Shown in pieces: positions 26,816-36,857 of a stretch of DNA of 64,000 nucleotides. Position numbers and translations under genes: made by a program. The notes below the pieces were generated by a model. That model searched no databases and had not been told where the DNA came from. It was given only the letters and a program-made list of their open reading frames with translations. The stretch covers positions 5,433 to 69,432 of the forward strand of contig JBGUWU010000005.1 in the NCBI GenBank assembly GCA_045221575.1. Reading direction: 5' to 3'. Each line of letters starts with the position of its first letter. Position 1 is the stretch's first letter. Origin of the DNA: Bacteroidales bacterium (GTDB taxonomy: Bacteria > Bacteroidota > Bacteroidia > Bacteroidales > P3).

Positions 26816-26823
26816 TACTTTTG
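26816..26823 (+). promoter_or_regulatory. Bacteroidota -7 promoter box (TAnnTTTG)
   Basis: tacttttg, 26 nt upstream of the ATG at 26849. Confidence 0.5.
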
Positions 26824-26848
26824 CAACCGAAGTATAAATAAAAATAGA

Positions 26849-28984
26849 ATGCGTATGAAAAGGAATATAATTTTTGGCATTATTTCTTTAATGCTTTTTA
26901 TAGTGGTTTTCTTGCCTCAAGTCTTAGCACAAAACGAATGTTGGCGATGGAAAACGTTTGAAGAAAATGGGAAATATGGTTTTAAGGATGCTTATGGCAA
27001 AGTAGTAATCAAACCTAAGTGGTTGTGGGCAAATGGTTTTAGTTCTCCTGAAGGATTGGCTTGTGTCAAAGGAGATGATGGAAGATATGGCTTCATAGAT
27101 ACAACTGGTAGAGTTGTTATTCCTATAAAATCTAAAGGTAATGGTCTATTTAGAGAAGGGTTAGCAAGTTTTACTGATGAATATAGTAAAGTCGGTTTTA
27201 TAAATACAAAAGGTGTAATAGTTATTCCATGCCAATGGGGTTCAGTAGGCAATTTCCGTGATGGATTGGCAAGTGTTTATGATTATTCCAGGAAACCTGC
27301 TTCCGCAGGAGTCATTGATAAAAGAGGAAATCTGGTAATACCATATAAGTTTAAGCATATCAGTGAATTTAGTGAAGGACTTGCTGCAACTCAAGATGTG
27401 AATGAGAAGTGGGGGTATATTGATAAGACGGGTAAATATATTATACCTCCACAATATAAACGTACATATAATTTTTATAATGGTAAAGCAACAGTAGAGA
27501 CTTTTGACGGAGAAAAAATAAAGATAAATCTTAGTGATTATGTTACTTCTCCTTTAGCAACAACAGAGTCAATAACAAAAGACAATACCGGTGATAAAGT
27601 GTTTTCATCTCCTAATAATCAAACTAAAAAAAGACAACCCGCAAGAATATATACTACAGAAGAATTGGCTAAATTAGAACTAAATCCTGTTAAAGAAGAT
27701 GGATATTACGGATTTGAAACAAAAGATAAAGAATTAATTTTACCTTGTGTTTGGGAATATGTAGGATATTTTTCTGATGGTTTTGCATATGTAAAAAAAG
27801 ATGGTAAATATGGTTTTATAGACAAAACAGGGAAAATAGTCATTCCTTGTAAATATGATAATGTTTGGCCTTTTTCTGAAGGTTTGGCAGCTGTTATAGA
27901 TGAAAATCAAAAATGGGGGTTCATAGACAAAACAGGGAAAATAGTTCTTCCTTTTAAATGGACTGGAGCAGGAATTTTTTCTCAAGGATATTGTGCTGTT
28001 GCAGACAACGATGGTTACTATGGTTACATAGACAAAACAGGAAAAATAGTTATTCCTTGCAAATGGATGGATGCTAAACAATTTTCAGAGGGTTTAGCTC
28101 GAGTATATAATAACTTAAAAAAAGTTGGTTATATCAATAAAACAGGGAAACTCGTTGTCGCTTGTACTTGGAAAGATGGATTTAATTTTTCCGAAGGTTT
28201 GGTAGCAGTAAAAGGGGATAATAATCTTTGGGGATTTATTAATAAAAATGGTAAAATAGTGAGAAGTTGCCAATGGAAAACAGTTACTTCTTTTAAAGAT
28301 GGTTGGGCTTGGGTTAGTACTGAAAATGATGAATATGATAAAATAAAGAATGTTCCAGAAGAAGAACTTTGGGAAGTTGTTTATAAAGATGGTCGTGCTG
28401 GATTTGAGAATGAAGAAGGAGAATTAGTTATTCCTATGAAATGGGTGAGTGTTTGGCCTTTTACAGAAGGAGTAGCAGGAGTAGAAAATGCACAGGGGAA
28501 ATGGGGATTTATTAATAAGTCAGGTCAATTGGTTATCCCTTGTACTTTTGCTAATGCACGTCCCTTTTCAGAAGGTTTATCACGAGTAATAAATAATAAT
28601 GGCAAGTGTGGTTATATAAACAAAAAGGGTACATTAGTTATCCCATTTAAGTATGAAGATGGAGATAATTTTAATGAAGGTTATGCTGCAGTGCAAAACA
28701 TAGAAAACAAGTGGGGCTTTATTGATAAGACAGGAAAACTTATTGTAGGTTATAAATGGAAATTTGTTACTTGTTACTATCAGGGTGTTGCACCAGTAAA
28801 AAACTTTCAAGATAAATGGGGGCTTATTGACAAGAAAGGACAAATTGTTGTTATGTGTCAATACAAAGATATTTATTATAATTATACTGCTGAAACATAT
28901 GTAGTTGAAACTTTTGATGGATATATAAAATCAATAGATATTAAAGGTAATTTTACAGGTAAAATAAACAAGAAGGCGAATTAA
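26849..28984 (+). CDS. WG (KWG) repeat-containing secreted protein
   Basis: About 16 copies of the unit (K)WGFIDKTGKIVIPCKW...FSEGLA in three blocks (5+6+5). The track start at 26813 is a TTG in the promoter, so I use the ATG at 26849 (MRMKRNIIFG, signal peptide). Confidence 0.85.
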   Translation: MRMKRNIIFGIISLMLFIVVFLPQVLAQNECWRWKTFEENGKYGFKDAYGKVVIKPKWLWANGFSSPEGLACVKGDDGRYGFIDTTGRVVIPIKSKGNGLFREGLASFTDEYSKVGFINTKGVIVIPCQWGSVGNFRDGLASVYDYSRKPASAGVIDKRGNLVIPYKFKHISEFSEGLAATQDVNEKWGYIDKTGKYIIPPQYKRTYNFYNGKATVETFDGEKIKINLSDYVTSPLATTESITKDNTGDKVFSSPNNQTKKRQPARIYTTEELAKLELNPVKEDGYYGFETKDKELILPCVWEYVGYFSDGFAYVKKDGKYGFIDKTGKIVIPCKYDNVWPFSEGLAAVIDENQKWGFIDKTGKIVLPFKWTGAGIFSQGYCAVADNDGYYGYIDKTGKIVIPCKWMDAKQFSEGLARVYNNLKKVGYINKTGKLVVACTWKDGFNFSEGLVAVKGDNNLWGFINKNGKIVRSCQWKTVTSFKDGWAWVSTENDEYDKIKNVPEEELWEVVYKDGRAGFENEEGELVIPMKWVSVWPFTEGVAGVENAQGKWGFINKSGQLVIPCTFANARPFSEGLSRVINNNGKCGYINKKGTLVIPFKYEDGDNFNEGYAAVQNIENKWGFIDKTGKLIVGYKWKFVTCYYQGVAPVKNFQDKWGLIDKKGQIVVMCQYKDIYYNYTAETYVVETFDGYIKSIDIKGNFTGKINKKAN

Positions 28985-28987
28985 ATA

Positions 28988-29533
28988 GTGGACAAAAAAC
29001 AACTAAGAAAACAAATAAGAGAAAAGAAAAAAGAGTTTTCTCTATCTGAAAAAAGAGAACTGTCAAAACCTATCTTTGAAAAGATAAAGAAAGAAGACTT
29101 TTTTGAAAAAGCAAAAGTAATTCTATTGTATTATTCTATGGACGATGAGGTATATACTCATGATTTTGTAGAAGAGTATTATAAAAGTAAGACTATTCTT
29201 TTACCTTGTGTTGATGGTGATGACCTTATTCTAAGACAATATCTTGGAATAGAAAGTATGAAAGCCGGCGAACAGTTTGGTATACTTGAACCTATAGGCA
29301 AAGAGTTTTTGGATTTAGATAAAATAGACCTTATGATTATTCCTGGAGTTGCTTTTGATAAGGATAAAAACCGATTGGGAAGAGGAAGAGGTTTCTATGA
29401 TAGATTATTGAAAACAGTTAATGCAACAAAAATAGGAGTTTGTTTTGATTTTCAGGTAGTAGAACATGTTCCAACAGAGGCTTTTGATGTAAAAATGGAT
29501 ATTGTAGTTTCCACAACAAATATTTATAGATAG
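28988..29533 (+). CDS. 5-formyltetrahydrofolate cyclo-ligase
   Basis: 181 aa with GVAFDKDKNRLGRGRGFYDR, the family motif. GTG start 3 nt after the preceding stop. Confidence 0.85.
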   Translation: MDKKQLRKQIREKKKEFSLSEKRELSKPIFEKIKKEDFFEKAKVILLYYSMDDEVYTHDFVEEYYKSKTILLPCVDGDDLILRQYLGIESMKAGEQFGILEPIGKEFLDLDKIDLMIIPGVAFDKDKNRLGRGRGFYDRLLKTVNATKIGVCFDFQVVEHVPTEAFDVKMDIVVSTTNIYR

Positions 29534-29543
29534 ATTTTTTATT

Positions 29544-31154
29544 ATGACAAAAAAGAAATTATGGCTTTTGGCCTTGCTTTCTGGGCTTTTGCAATCATTG
29601 GCTTGGTTTCATACTATGTTGTTAGCTCCTGTTATGTTAATTGCTTTAGTACCTTTGTTGAAGATAGAGGATTATGTATTGCAAAATCAAGAGAAGTTTT
29701 CCAAAGGTGCTGTTTTTACATATACTTATCCTGCTTTCTTGTTATTTTCTCTTTCTCAGACATGGTGGATATGCAAATCAACGATGATAGGGCTTATAGT
29801 TCCTTTTTATGAAGCTTGTTTTATGTCCTTGGTTTTTTTGTCGTATCATTTTTGTAGAAAGGTCTCAAAATACAATGCTGGTTCTTATTTCTTCCTTATC
29901 TTGTTTTGGATTTTATTTGAGTTTGTTCAGTTCCGTTGGGACGTCAATTTCCCATGGCTAAATCTTGGAAACACGTTTGCATCTTATCCTTTATTTGTTC
30001 AATGGTATAGTGTAACAGGTATGGAAGGAGGTACAATATGGGTTCTTCTTTGCAATATAGTTATATATCTTTGCATTAAAAACAGAAGACAATATTTTAT
30101 TCCTGCACTTATCACGTTTTTAGTTCCAATAACTTTGTCTATTGTTATGTGGTTTGCTTATAGCGATGATAATAAAAACAATACTACAGATGTTATAGCT
30201 GTTCAACCTAATCTTAACCCTTATACAGAACAATATGTTTTGCCTCCAAGACAGGTAGTAGAGAGAACACTAAACCTTATTGCTCCTTTGATGGACGATA
30301 AGGTAGATTATGTACTGATGCCAGAGAGTGCTATACAAGAGTATGCGTGGGAAGAATATATAGACAGCGTTCCAAGTGTTATAAGTCTTAATGCTTTTGT
30401 CAATAAGTATAAGAGAGCAGAAGTTATTGCAGGACTTTCTTCTCGGAGACTTTTACCTAAGGGAGTGAAAACAGAAGCAGCACGTGCTTTTGTTGATGCT
30501 CCAGATGAATATTTTGAGTCGTGTAATATAGCAATAGATATTCCTCGTAGTGGAAGAAAAGAAGATTTTCAAATACATCATAAATCTGTTTTAACTGTGG
30601 GTGTAGAGAAGATGCCTTTTAAAAAGTATCTTTCTTTTGTAGAAAAGTTTGCTTTGAACCTCGGAGGAACTATTGGAACATTAGGGATAGACACTAATGT
30701 TGTTGTTTTTCCATCTAAGACAAAGGATATTTGTATAGGTGTTGCTATCTGTTATGAGTCAGTAGATGGTAACTACATAAGGGAATTTGCAAACAATGGA
30801 GCTAATGTTCTTTTCATTATTACCAATGATGGTTGGTGGGGTAACACAGCAGGATATAAACAACATCTTGCTTTTTCACGACTTAGAGCAATAGAGAATC
30901 GTAGATATATTGCACGTTCTGCAAATACAGGTATCTCTGCTTTCATATCACCACGAGGAGAGATAATAAAGAAAACTCCTTATTGGCAACAAACAGCAAT
31001 AAAACAGAGTATTCCTCTTCAAAGTTCTAAAACAATATTCACTAAATATGGAGATTTATTTAGCAAACCATTATCGTTCTTTGCTATTTTGTTGCTATTG
31101 TACTCTATTGTAACCAATATAATCAAGAAAAAAGAGGTAAAAAGTAATCTATAA
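29544..31154 (+). CDS. lnt: apolipoprotein N-acyltransferase
   Basis: 536 aa. N-terminal polytopic membrane region plus CN-hydrolase domain (MPESA, AICYES, NDGWWGNT). Confidence 0.85.
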   Translation: MTKKKLWLLALLSGLLQSLAWFHTMLLAPVMLIALVPLLKIEDYVLQNQEKFSKGAVFTYTYPAFLLFSLSQTWWICKSTMIGLIVPFYEACFMSLVFLSYHFCRKVSKYNAGSYFFLILFWILFEFVQFRWDVNFPWLNLGNTFASYPLFVQWYSVTGMEGGTIWVLLCNIVIYLCIKNRRQYFIPALITFLVPITLSIVMWFAYSDDNKNNTTDVIAVQPNLNPYTEQYVLPPRQVVERTLNLIAPLMDDKVDYVLMPESAIQEYAWEEYIDSVPSVISLNAFVNKYKRAEVIAGLSSRRLLPKGVKTEAARAFVDAPDEYFESCNIAIDIPRSGRKEDFQIHHKSVLTVGVEKMPFKKYLSFVEKFALNLGGTIGTLGIDTNVVVFPSKTKDICIGVAICYESVDGNYIREFANNGANVLFIITNDGWWGNTAGYKQHLAFSRLRAIENRRYIARSANTGISAFISPRGEIIKKTPYWQQTAIKQSIPLQSSKTIFTKYGDLFSKPLSFFAILLLLYSIVTNIIKKKEVKSNL

Positions 31155-31166
31155 TAATATTATTCT

Positions 31167-31174
31167 TATTTTTG
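31167..31174 (+). promoter_or_regulatory. Bacteroidota -7 promoter box (TAnnTTTG)
   Basis: tatttttg, 29 nt upstream of the sod ATG (31203). Confidence 0.55.
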
Positions 31175-31202
31175 CAAAAATAAACAAATAAAAATAACAG
31201 AT

Positions 31203-31781
31203 ATGGCACAGTTTAATTTACCTGAGCTTCCTTTTGCAAAAAATGCTTTGGAACCTCATATTAGCGAAAGAACATTAGAATTTCATTATGGCAAACATCA
31301 TCAAGCCTATGTAAATACTCTTAATACCTTAATAGAGGGTACTAATTATGAAAATAAATCTTTAGAAGAGATAATAAAATCTTCTGATGGAGGTATTTTC
31401 AATAATGCAGCACAAGTTTGGAATCATACTTTCTATTGGAACTGTCTTGCTCCTAAACACAAGGCTACACCTGAGGGAAGTTTGAAAAAAGCGATAGAAG
31501 AGGCTTTTGGCTCTTTTGATAACTTCAAAGATGAATTTACAAAGAAAAGCATTGGCTTGTTTGGTTCTGGTTGGTGTTGGTTAGTCAAAGACAATGAAGG
31601 AAAACTTTCTATTATCCAGAAATCAAATGCAGGTAATCCAATAACAGAAGGATTAACACCTATTATGGTTTGCGATGTTTGGGAACATGCTTACTATCTT
31701 GACAAACAAAACGCAAGACCAAAATATATGGAATCTTTTTGGGAACTTGTAAATTGGGACTTTGCAGAAAAACAATACTAA
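31203..31781 (+). CDS. sodB: Fe/Mn superoxide dismutase
   Basis: 192 aa. HHxKHHxxYV-type FHYGKHHQAYV and DVWEHAYYL. Metal specificity not determinable. Confidence 0.9.
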   Translation: MAQFNLPELPFAKNALEPHISERTLEFHYGKHHQAYVNTLNTLIEGTNYENKSLEEIIKSSDGGIFNNAAQVWNHTFYWNCLAPKHKATPEGSLKKAIEEAFGSFDNFKDEFTKKSIGLFGSGWCWLVKDNEGKLSIIQKSNAGNPITEGLTPIMVCDVWEHAYYLDKQNARPKYMESFWELVNWDFAEKQY

Positions 31782-31827
31782 TTCCTAAAGAATATCAAAA
31801 GTCTTCGTTAAATAGGAGTATTAAATA

Positions 31828-33738
31828 CTAATCTTCTAATTCTTGAGCTAAGGTTTCCCATTGATTCATAAGAGATGAAAGTTGGTCTTTCTTTGCTTGA
31901 TATTCGGAGTAAAAGTCATTGGCTTGTACTCCGCTTGAGAGTTTTTGTTCCATAATGCTGAGAGTACTTTCCAAGTCTTCTATCTCTTTTTCTATTTTTT
32001 GAAGATTGTTTTTCTTTTTTCTCAGTTCGCGCTCTTTCTCTTTATTTTGTTCAAATTGGCGTTTGTTGTCGCTAATGGTTTTTTCTTTCTCTTTCTTTGT
32101 GGAGTCAAGATTCATTTCATCTAACTGAGAGATTTTTTTCATTGCTAAGAAATCAAAGATATCACAATGATATTCTTTAATATTATGGTCTTTAAATTCA
32201 TAAAGAATATCCGGTAATCCTTGTAAGAAATCTCTGTCATGGGAAACTAAAATACAAGTGCCGTCATATCTAAGCAAAGCATTTTTAAGAATATCCTTAG
32301 AATCCATATCCAAATGGTTAGTAGGCTCATCCAAAACCAAAAGATTGACTTCAGAAAGAAGTAGTTTTGCAAGTGCTAAACGAGTCTTCTCACCTCCAGA
32401 AAGAACTTTCACTTTTTTGTCAATATCTTCTTCATCAAAAAGAAAACTACCTAAGATAGTTCTTATCCTTGTTCTGACATCACCTTTTGCTATTTTGTCA
32501 ATAGTTTCAAAAACAGTTTTTTCTCCATCTAAGAGTGCTGCTTGATTTTGAGCGAAATAACCTATGGAAACGTTGGCTCCAAGCGAACATTTGCCCTCAT
32601 AGTCAGGTATTTCTCCAACAATGATTTTTGAAAGAGTGGATTTACCTTCTCCATTTCTTCCAATGAAAGCGACTTTCTTTCCTTTTTCGATTAATAAATC
32701 AATGTTTGAAAGAACATTATTTGTTCCGTATGATTTGGAAAGACCTTTTATATCTACAACTATTTTCCCGGAGTGAGGAGCAGGAGGAAACTGAAAATGG
32801 ATAGAAGAAGTGTCAATATCATCTATGGTAATACGTTCCATCTTATCAAGCATCTTTATTTTGCTTTGAACTTGACGAGCCTTAGTTGCCTTGTAACGAA
32901 ATCGTTCAATGAACTTTTCCACTTCAGCAATCTGCCTTTGCTGGTTTATCATTTGTGAGTTTTGGCTTTCTATTCTTTGTCTATGTAGTTCAACATAAGA
33001 AGAGTAATTTACTTTATAGTCATATATCTTACCAGCAGTTATTTCTATTGTTCGTTTTGTAATATTATCAAGAAAACATCTGTCGTGTGAAACCAAGACA
33101 ACAGCTCCGTAGTACTGAATAAGAAAATCTTCTAACCAAGCAATAGACTCTATGTCTAAGTGGTTAGTAGGTTCGTCTAAAAGAATAAGGTTAGGTTTTC
33201 TGAGAAGTATCTTTGCTAATTCAACTCTCATCTGCCAACCACTGCTAAACTCAGTCATATTTCTGTTGAAGTCGCTGTGTTTAAATCCCAAACCAAGTAA
33301 TACTTTTTCTGTTTGAGGTTGCGCATTGCTTTCATCTAATAAGATTAGTTTCTCGGTTAATTCATTTTGTTCTATGATGAGGTTTTCGTATTCTTTACTT
33401 TCATAATCTTCTCTTTGTGATAACTCTAAACCAATGTTTTCTATGCGTTGAGATATGTTTTTGATATCATCGAAAGCCTTCATAGCTTCCTGTAAAACGG
33501 TGGTAGAACAAGAGGGTATCATTTCTTGAGGCAGGTATCCTATTGTTTGACTTTTACTGCTGATTATTTCGCCTTTGTCTGCTTCTTGTCTCTTACAAAG
33601 AATCTTGAGCAAAGTAGATTTTCCAGCTCCGTTCTTGCCGACTAAGCCAATCCTATCTTTGTCACCAATAGTGAAAGAAACATTATCAAAGAGTTTGTTT
33701 CCATTAAAAGAAATAGAGAGATTATTTATTGTTATCAT
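31828..33738 (-). CDS. ABC-F family ATPase (two ABC domains, C-terminal coiled coil)
   Basis: 636 aa. Walker A GKNGAGKST and GRNGEGKST, signatures FSSGWQMR and LSGGEKTR. No TM domain. Confidence 0.9.
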   Translation of the reverse strand: MITINNLSISFNGNKLFDNVSFTIGDKDRIGLVGKNGAGKSTLLKILCKRQEADKGEIISSKSQTIGYLPQEMIPSCSTTVLQEAMKAFDDIKNISQRIENIGLELSQREDYESKEYENLIIEQNELTEKLILLDESNAQPQTEKVLLGLGFKHSDFNRNMTEFSSGWQMRVELAKILLRKPNLILLDEPTNHLDIESIAWLEDFLIQYYGAVVLVSHDRCFLDNITKRTIEITAGKIYDYKVNYSSYVELHRQRIESQNSQMINQQRQIAEVEKFIERFRYKATKARQVQSKIKMLDKMERITIDDIDTSSIHFQFPPAPHSGKIVVDIKGLSKSYGTNNVLSNIDLLIEKGKKVAFIGRNGEGKSTLSKIIVGEIPDYEGKCSLGANVSIGYFAQNQAALLDGEKTVFETIDKIAKGDVRTRIRTILGSFLFDEEDIDKKVKVLSGGEKTRLALAKLLLSEVNLLVLDEPTNHLDMDSKDILKNALLRYDGTCILVSHDRDFLQGLPDILYEFKDHNIKEYHCDIFDFLAMKKISQLDEMNLDSTKKEKEKTISDNKRQFEQNKEKERELRKKKNNLQKIEKEIEDLESTLSIMEQKLSSGVQANDFYSEYQAKKDQLSSLMNQWETLAQELED

Positions 33739-33770
33739 ATCTTTGTGTGCTTTCTTGTTTTTTAAATATT

Positions 33771-33803
33771 AAAAAGACGAGAGCGTATTAACACGTTCCC
33801 GTC
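33771..33803 (-). terminator. putative terminator after tonB
   Basis: Imperfect hairpin gacgagagcg / cgttcccgtc at 33776-33803 with a 5-T run on the minus strand (A71-A75). Confidence 0.4.
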
Positions 33804-33844
33804 AAATTATTATTTATTTTCTCTTACCTTTGTACTTTTCTGTT

Positions 33845-34540
33845 TTATTGAAGGACAAATCTAACAGGTAAGTTAAATTGTTGTCTAACAGCTTTACCTC
33901 TTTGTTTTGCAGGTTTCCACTTAGGCATCATCTTTACAACTCTAATAGCTTCTTCACCACAACCAGAACCTATATCACGCAAAACCTTTATATCTGTGAT
34001 GCTACCGTCTTTCTCAACAACGAATGTTACATAAACAATACCTTGAGTTCCTGTCTCTCTTGCTTGCGCAGGATATTTAATATTGGAAGCTAAAAACTCA
34101 TTCAACTTAGCAACGCCACCAGGAAACTCACTTGATTGTTCAACAACAGTGAAGATAACTCTTTCAGAGTCGTCTTCTTCCTCCTCTTGTACCTTTACTT
34201 CTACTTTAGGAATATTAACTTCTGTGTTTCCTTCGTTTGCAAAATTATCCAAACTGAAAGCATTCTTCAATTCTTGATCATCATCAACAATTTCAAAGTC
34301 CATGCTTTGTTGTTGTTCAACTTCTTGTTGTGGAGGTTCAGGCTCATCTTGTTTTGTTTGAATAATCATTTCCTCAACCTGAGCAACGTTCTCTGTTATT
34401 TCAGCGACTTCCGCTTTTTTGTCGTATGTTTTCCACTCAAAAGCACAGATTATAATTGCAAGTGCAAGAATTAAACCAGCTTCGACAAACAAGCCTTTGG
34501 TCTTTTCCAAATTCGCTTTTTCAGATTTTTTTGCTTCCAT
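33845..34540 (-). CDS. tonB: energy transducer TonB
   Basis: 231 aa. N-terminal TM anchor, E/P/Q-rich linker, C-terminal TonB domain (EFPGG...YPAQARETGTQGIVYVTFVVEKDGSI). Confidence 0.85.
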   Translation of the reverse strand: MEAKKSEKANLEKTKGLFVEAGLILALAIIICAFEWKTYDKKAEVAEITENVAQVEEMIIQTKQDEPEPPQQEVEQQQSMDFEIVDDDQELKNAFSLDNFANEGNTEVNIPKVEVKVQEEEEDDSERVIFTVVEQSSEFPGGVAKLNEFLASNIKYPAQARETGTQGIVYVTFVVEKDGSITDIKVLRDIGSGCGEEAIRVVKMMPKWKPAKQRGKAVRQQFNLPVRFVLQ

Positions 34541-34727
34541 TATATTTCGTTTTTTTACGTTATTATCTTAATATATTTCAGTTCGCTAAATTAGTATTTT
34601 TATACAACATTGCAAATATTTCACAAATATTTTTTTGTTCTTATGTAATTAAATATTTAAAAATAAGTATAATACGCTTTATTTTTCTTTTTCTCTTTGT
34701 GGAAGTTTTTAACAAACAACGCACATT

Positions 34728-36386
34728 TTAATAAGAAAAACTACTTCCGCCAAGAAATTCTCTCATTATTGAAGTAGGAGGAATGCTTTGACTTGAAATA
34801 GGAGTAAAGTTATCCAAAAATTGTTTTAATCTACGAGCATTTGCAAAGGCAGGAGAAGTTTGAGGGACTTGTACAAGCAAAGGATAACAATATGTTCTTA
34901 ATACTCCAATCTCATACAATAAAGAAGAATTAAAAATACTGTCAGCATTTTCTTGATAAGGGAAGATATGTCTTTCTTCTCCGTTTCTTACATTATTCCA
35001 CATCAAAAGAGTTCTCTCTGCAGAAGAACCTCTGTAGTTATAATCTCTAACTATCCTTCTGATTAAACGATTATCGCTTGTGCTTATTAAGTTTTGAGAA
35101 TCTAAAGCAAGTTGAGTTAATGCAGAAACAAAGACAAGATATTTGTTTTTTCTACTTATTTGTTTGGAAAGTTTAGGATTTAAAGCATGTATGCCTTCTA
35201 CAATAAGGATAGAATTGTCTGTAAGTTGTATCTTTTTATTGCTTTTTTCTCTTTGACCACTAACAAAGTTAAACCTTGGAAGTTCTATCTCTTTTCCGTC
35301 CAAAAGTTCTTGCATTTGTTGACCAAAAAATTCTAAATCTAAGGCTTCTAAACATTCAAAATCATAGTTACCATTTTCATCTTTTGGAGTATGTTCTCTG
35401 TCAAGAAAATAATCATCTAAAGAAATCATCAAAGGTTTTATTCCTAAGACAGCTAAATGCACAGCTATTCTTTTGCAAGATGTTGTTTTTCCAGAAGAAG
35501 AAGGACCAGCAAGAAAAACAAATTTTATATTATCCTTCTTTTTATAGATAGCATCAGCGATAGCAGCGTATTTCTTTTCGTGCAAGGCTTCGGAAACTTG
35601 GATTATTTGTTTTTCATAACCCTGTTTCACTGCTTCATTTAGTTTAGGGAGATAAGGTGTTTTTAAAATCTCAACCCAGTTCTTATGTTCCTGGAAGATA
35701 GAAAATAGTTTTGGTTGTAGATGTAAAGTAGTAGGTTCTTTGTAACCTTTTTCCGCATCGGGTAAAAGAAGAATAAATCCTTTTTCATAAACTTCAAGGT
35801 CAAAAACACTTAGGTAGGAAGTAGAAGGAACTTTTTCGGAGTACAAAACATCAATGGTTCCATCTAAAATATCCACATCTACATATAGTTTTTGTTTTGA
35901 TTTGAATAGTTCTGCACTTGAAGTTAATCCCACTTTTGAAAACAGTTCTATTGCATCTGGTGTAGAATATGTTTTACTCTCAAAAGGAATATCCTTTTCA
36001 ACAAGTTCTTTCATTCTCTTTTTAATAGAATCGCATAGGTCTTGTTGAGGGATCTCTATGTTTTGTAATTCTATATAGTAACCCCCTATCATAGAATGCT
36101 TTACTTTCATCTCTGCCTTTGGATACGAGTCTTTAACGGCTTTATACATTAACATAATAAGAGAAGAGACGTAGATCTTCATGCCAATAGAAGAACGAAT
36201 GTCAAAGAACTCTATTCTCTTTGGGCTATAACACTTATAGTTAAGGTTACGTATCTTGTTATTTACATACGCTCCTAAGAATGTTTTGCTATCTTCTAAT
36301 CCGGCATACTCTATTATTTGTTTCGCACTTGTAGAATAAGGAACAAGAAAAGTCTTGTCGTTATTTACACAATATATCTCTATCAT
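34728..36386 (-). CDS. nucleoside/uridine kinase-family protein with N-terminal extension
   Basis: 552 aa. P-loop AGPSSSGKTT in a PRK/uridine-kinase-like C-terminal half. N-terminal TGS-like region. Substrate not assignable. Confidence 0.7.
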   Translation of the reverse strand: MIEIYCVNNDKTFLVPYSTSAKQIIEYAGLEDSKTFLGAYVNNKIRNLNYKCYSPKRIEFFDIRSSIGMKIYVSSLIMLMYKAVKDSYPKAEMKVKHSMIGGYYIELQNIEIPQQDLCDSIKKRMKELVEKDIPFESKTYSTPDAIELFSKVGLTSSAELFKSKQKLYVDVDILDGTIDVLYSEKVPSTSYLSVFDLEVYEKGFILLLPDAEKGYKEPTTLHLQPKLFSIFQEHKNWVEILKTPYLPKLNEAVKQGYEKQIIQVSEALHEKKYAAIADAIYKKKDNIKFVFLAGPSSSGKTTSCKRIAVHLAVLGIKPLMISLDDYFLDREHTPKDENGNYDFECLEALDLEFFGQQMQELLDGKEIELPRFNFVSGQREKSNKKIQLTDNSILIVEGIHALNPKLSKQISRKNKYLVFVSALTQLALDSQNLISTSDNRLIRRIVRDYNYRGSSAERTLLMWNNVRNGEERHIFPYQENADSIFNSSLLYEIGVLRTYCYPLLVQVPQTSPAFANARRLKQFLDNFTPISSQSIPPTSIMREFLGGSSFSY

Positions 36387-36506
36387 TTCGTTTGTTATTA
36401 AATTAACTAACTCTTAGAACGCAAAAAAGACTATTTAATTGTAGAGAATGAGAGGACAATAATTCAAAAAAATTGTCAAACAATAATGTAGTGTATTATT
36501 TTTTTG

Positions 36507-36514
36507 TAAATTTG
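36507..36514 (+). promoter_or_regulatory. Bacteroidota -7 promoter box (TAnnTTTG)
   Basis: taaatttg, 27 nt upstream of the ATG at 36541. Confidence 0.55.
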
Positions 36515-36540
36515 CACCTCAATATAAAATAATATCTGAT

Positions 36541-36849
36541 ATGAAAAGACAATTATTAACAATAGGTATTTTGTTTTTAAGTTTTGCATTGACTTCTTGT
36601 TCAAAGAGTGATGATTGCGAATGCGAAACAACTGATTACTTGTTCTATCAAGAAACAAAAACTGTTGAAGATGAAGAATCAGGAGAAGAATATGTTGATA
36701 CTATAGACAGGTATAACCCAATATCAAGAAGAGATTTCTTATTTGAGGAATGGGGAGAAGACTGCAAAGATATAACTTTGCAAGATATTCCTGAGAATGC
36801 TAATTTGTTGTTTGCAGATTCTTGTAGTATAACTTGTAAAAGTAAATAA
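36541..36849 (+). CDS. small acidic lipoprotein, unknown function
   Basis: 102 aa with lipobox FALTSC and six further Cys. The promoter box just upstream and hutI 9 nt downstream support it over the two overlapping minus-strand ORFs. Confidence 0.6.
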   Translation: MKRQLLTIGILFLSFALTSCSKSDDCECETTDYLFYQETKTVEDEESGEEYVDTIDRYNPISRRDFLFEEWGEDCKDITLQDIPENANLLFADSCSITCKSK

Positions 36850-36857
36850 AATAAGTA

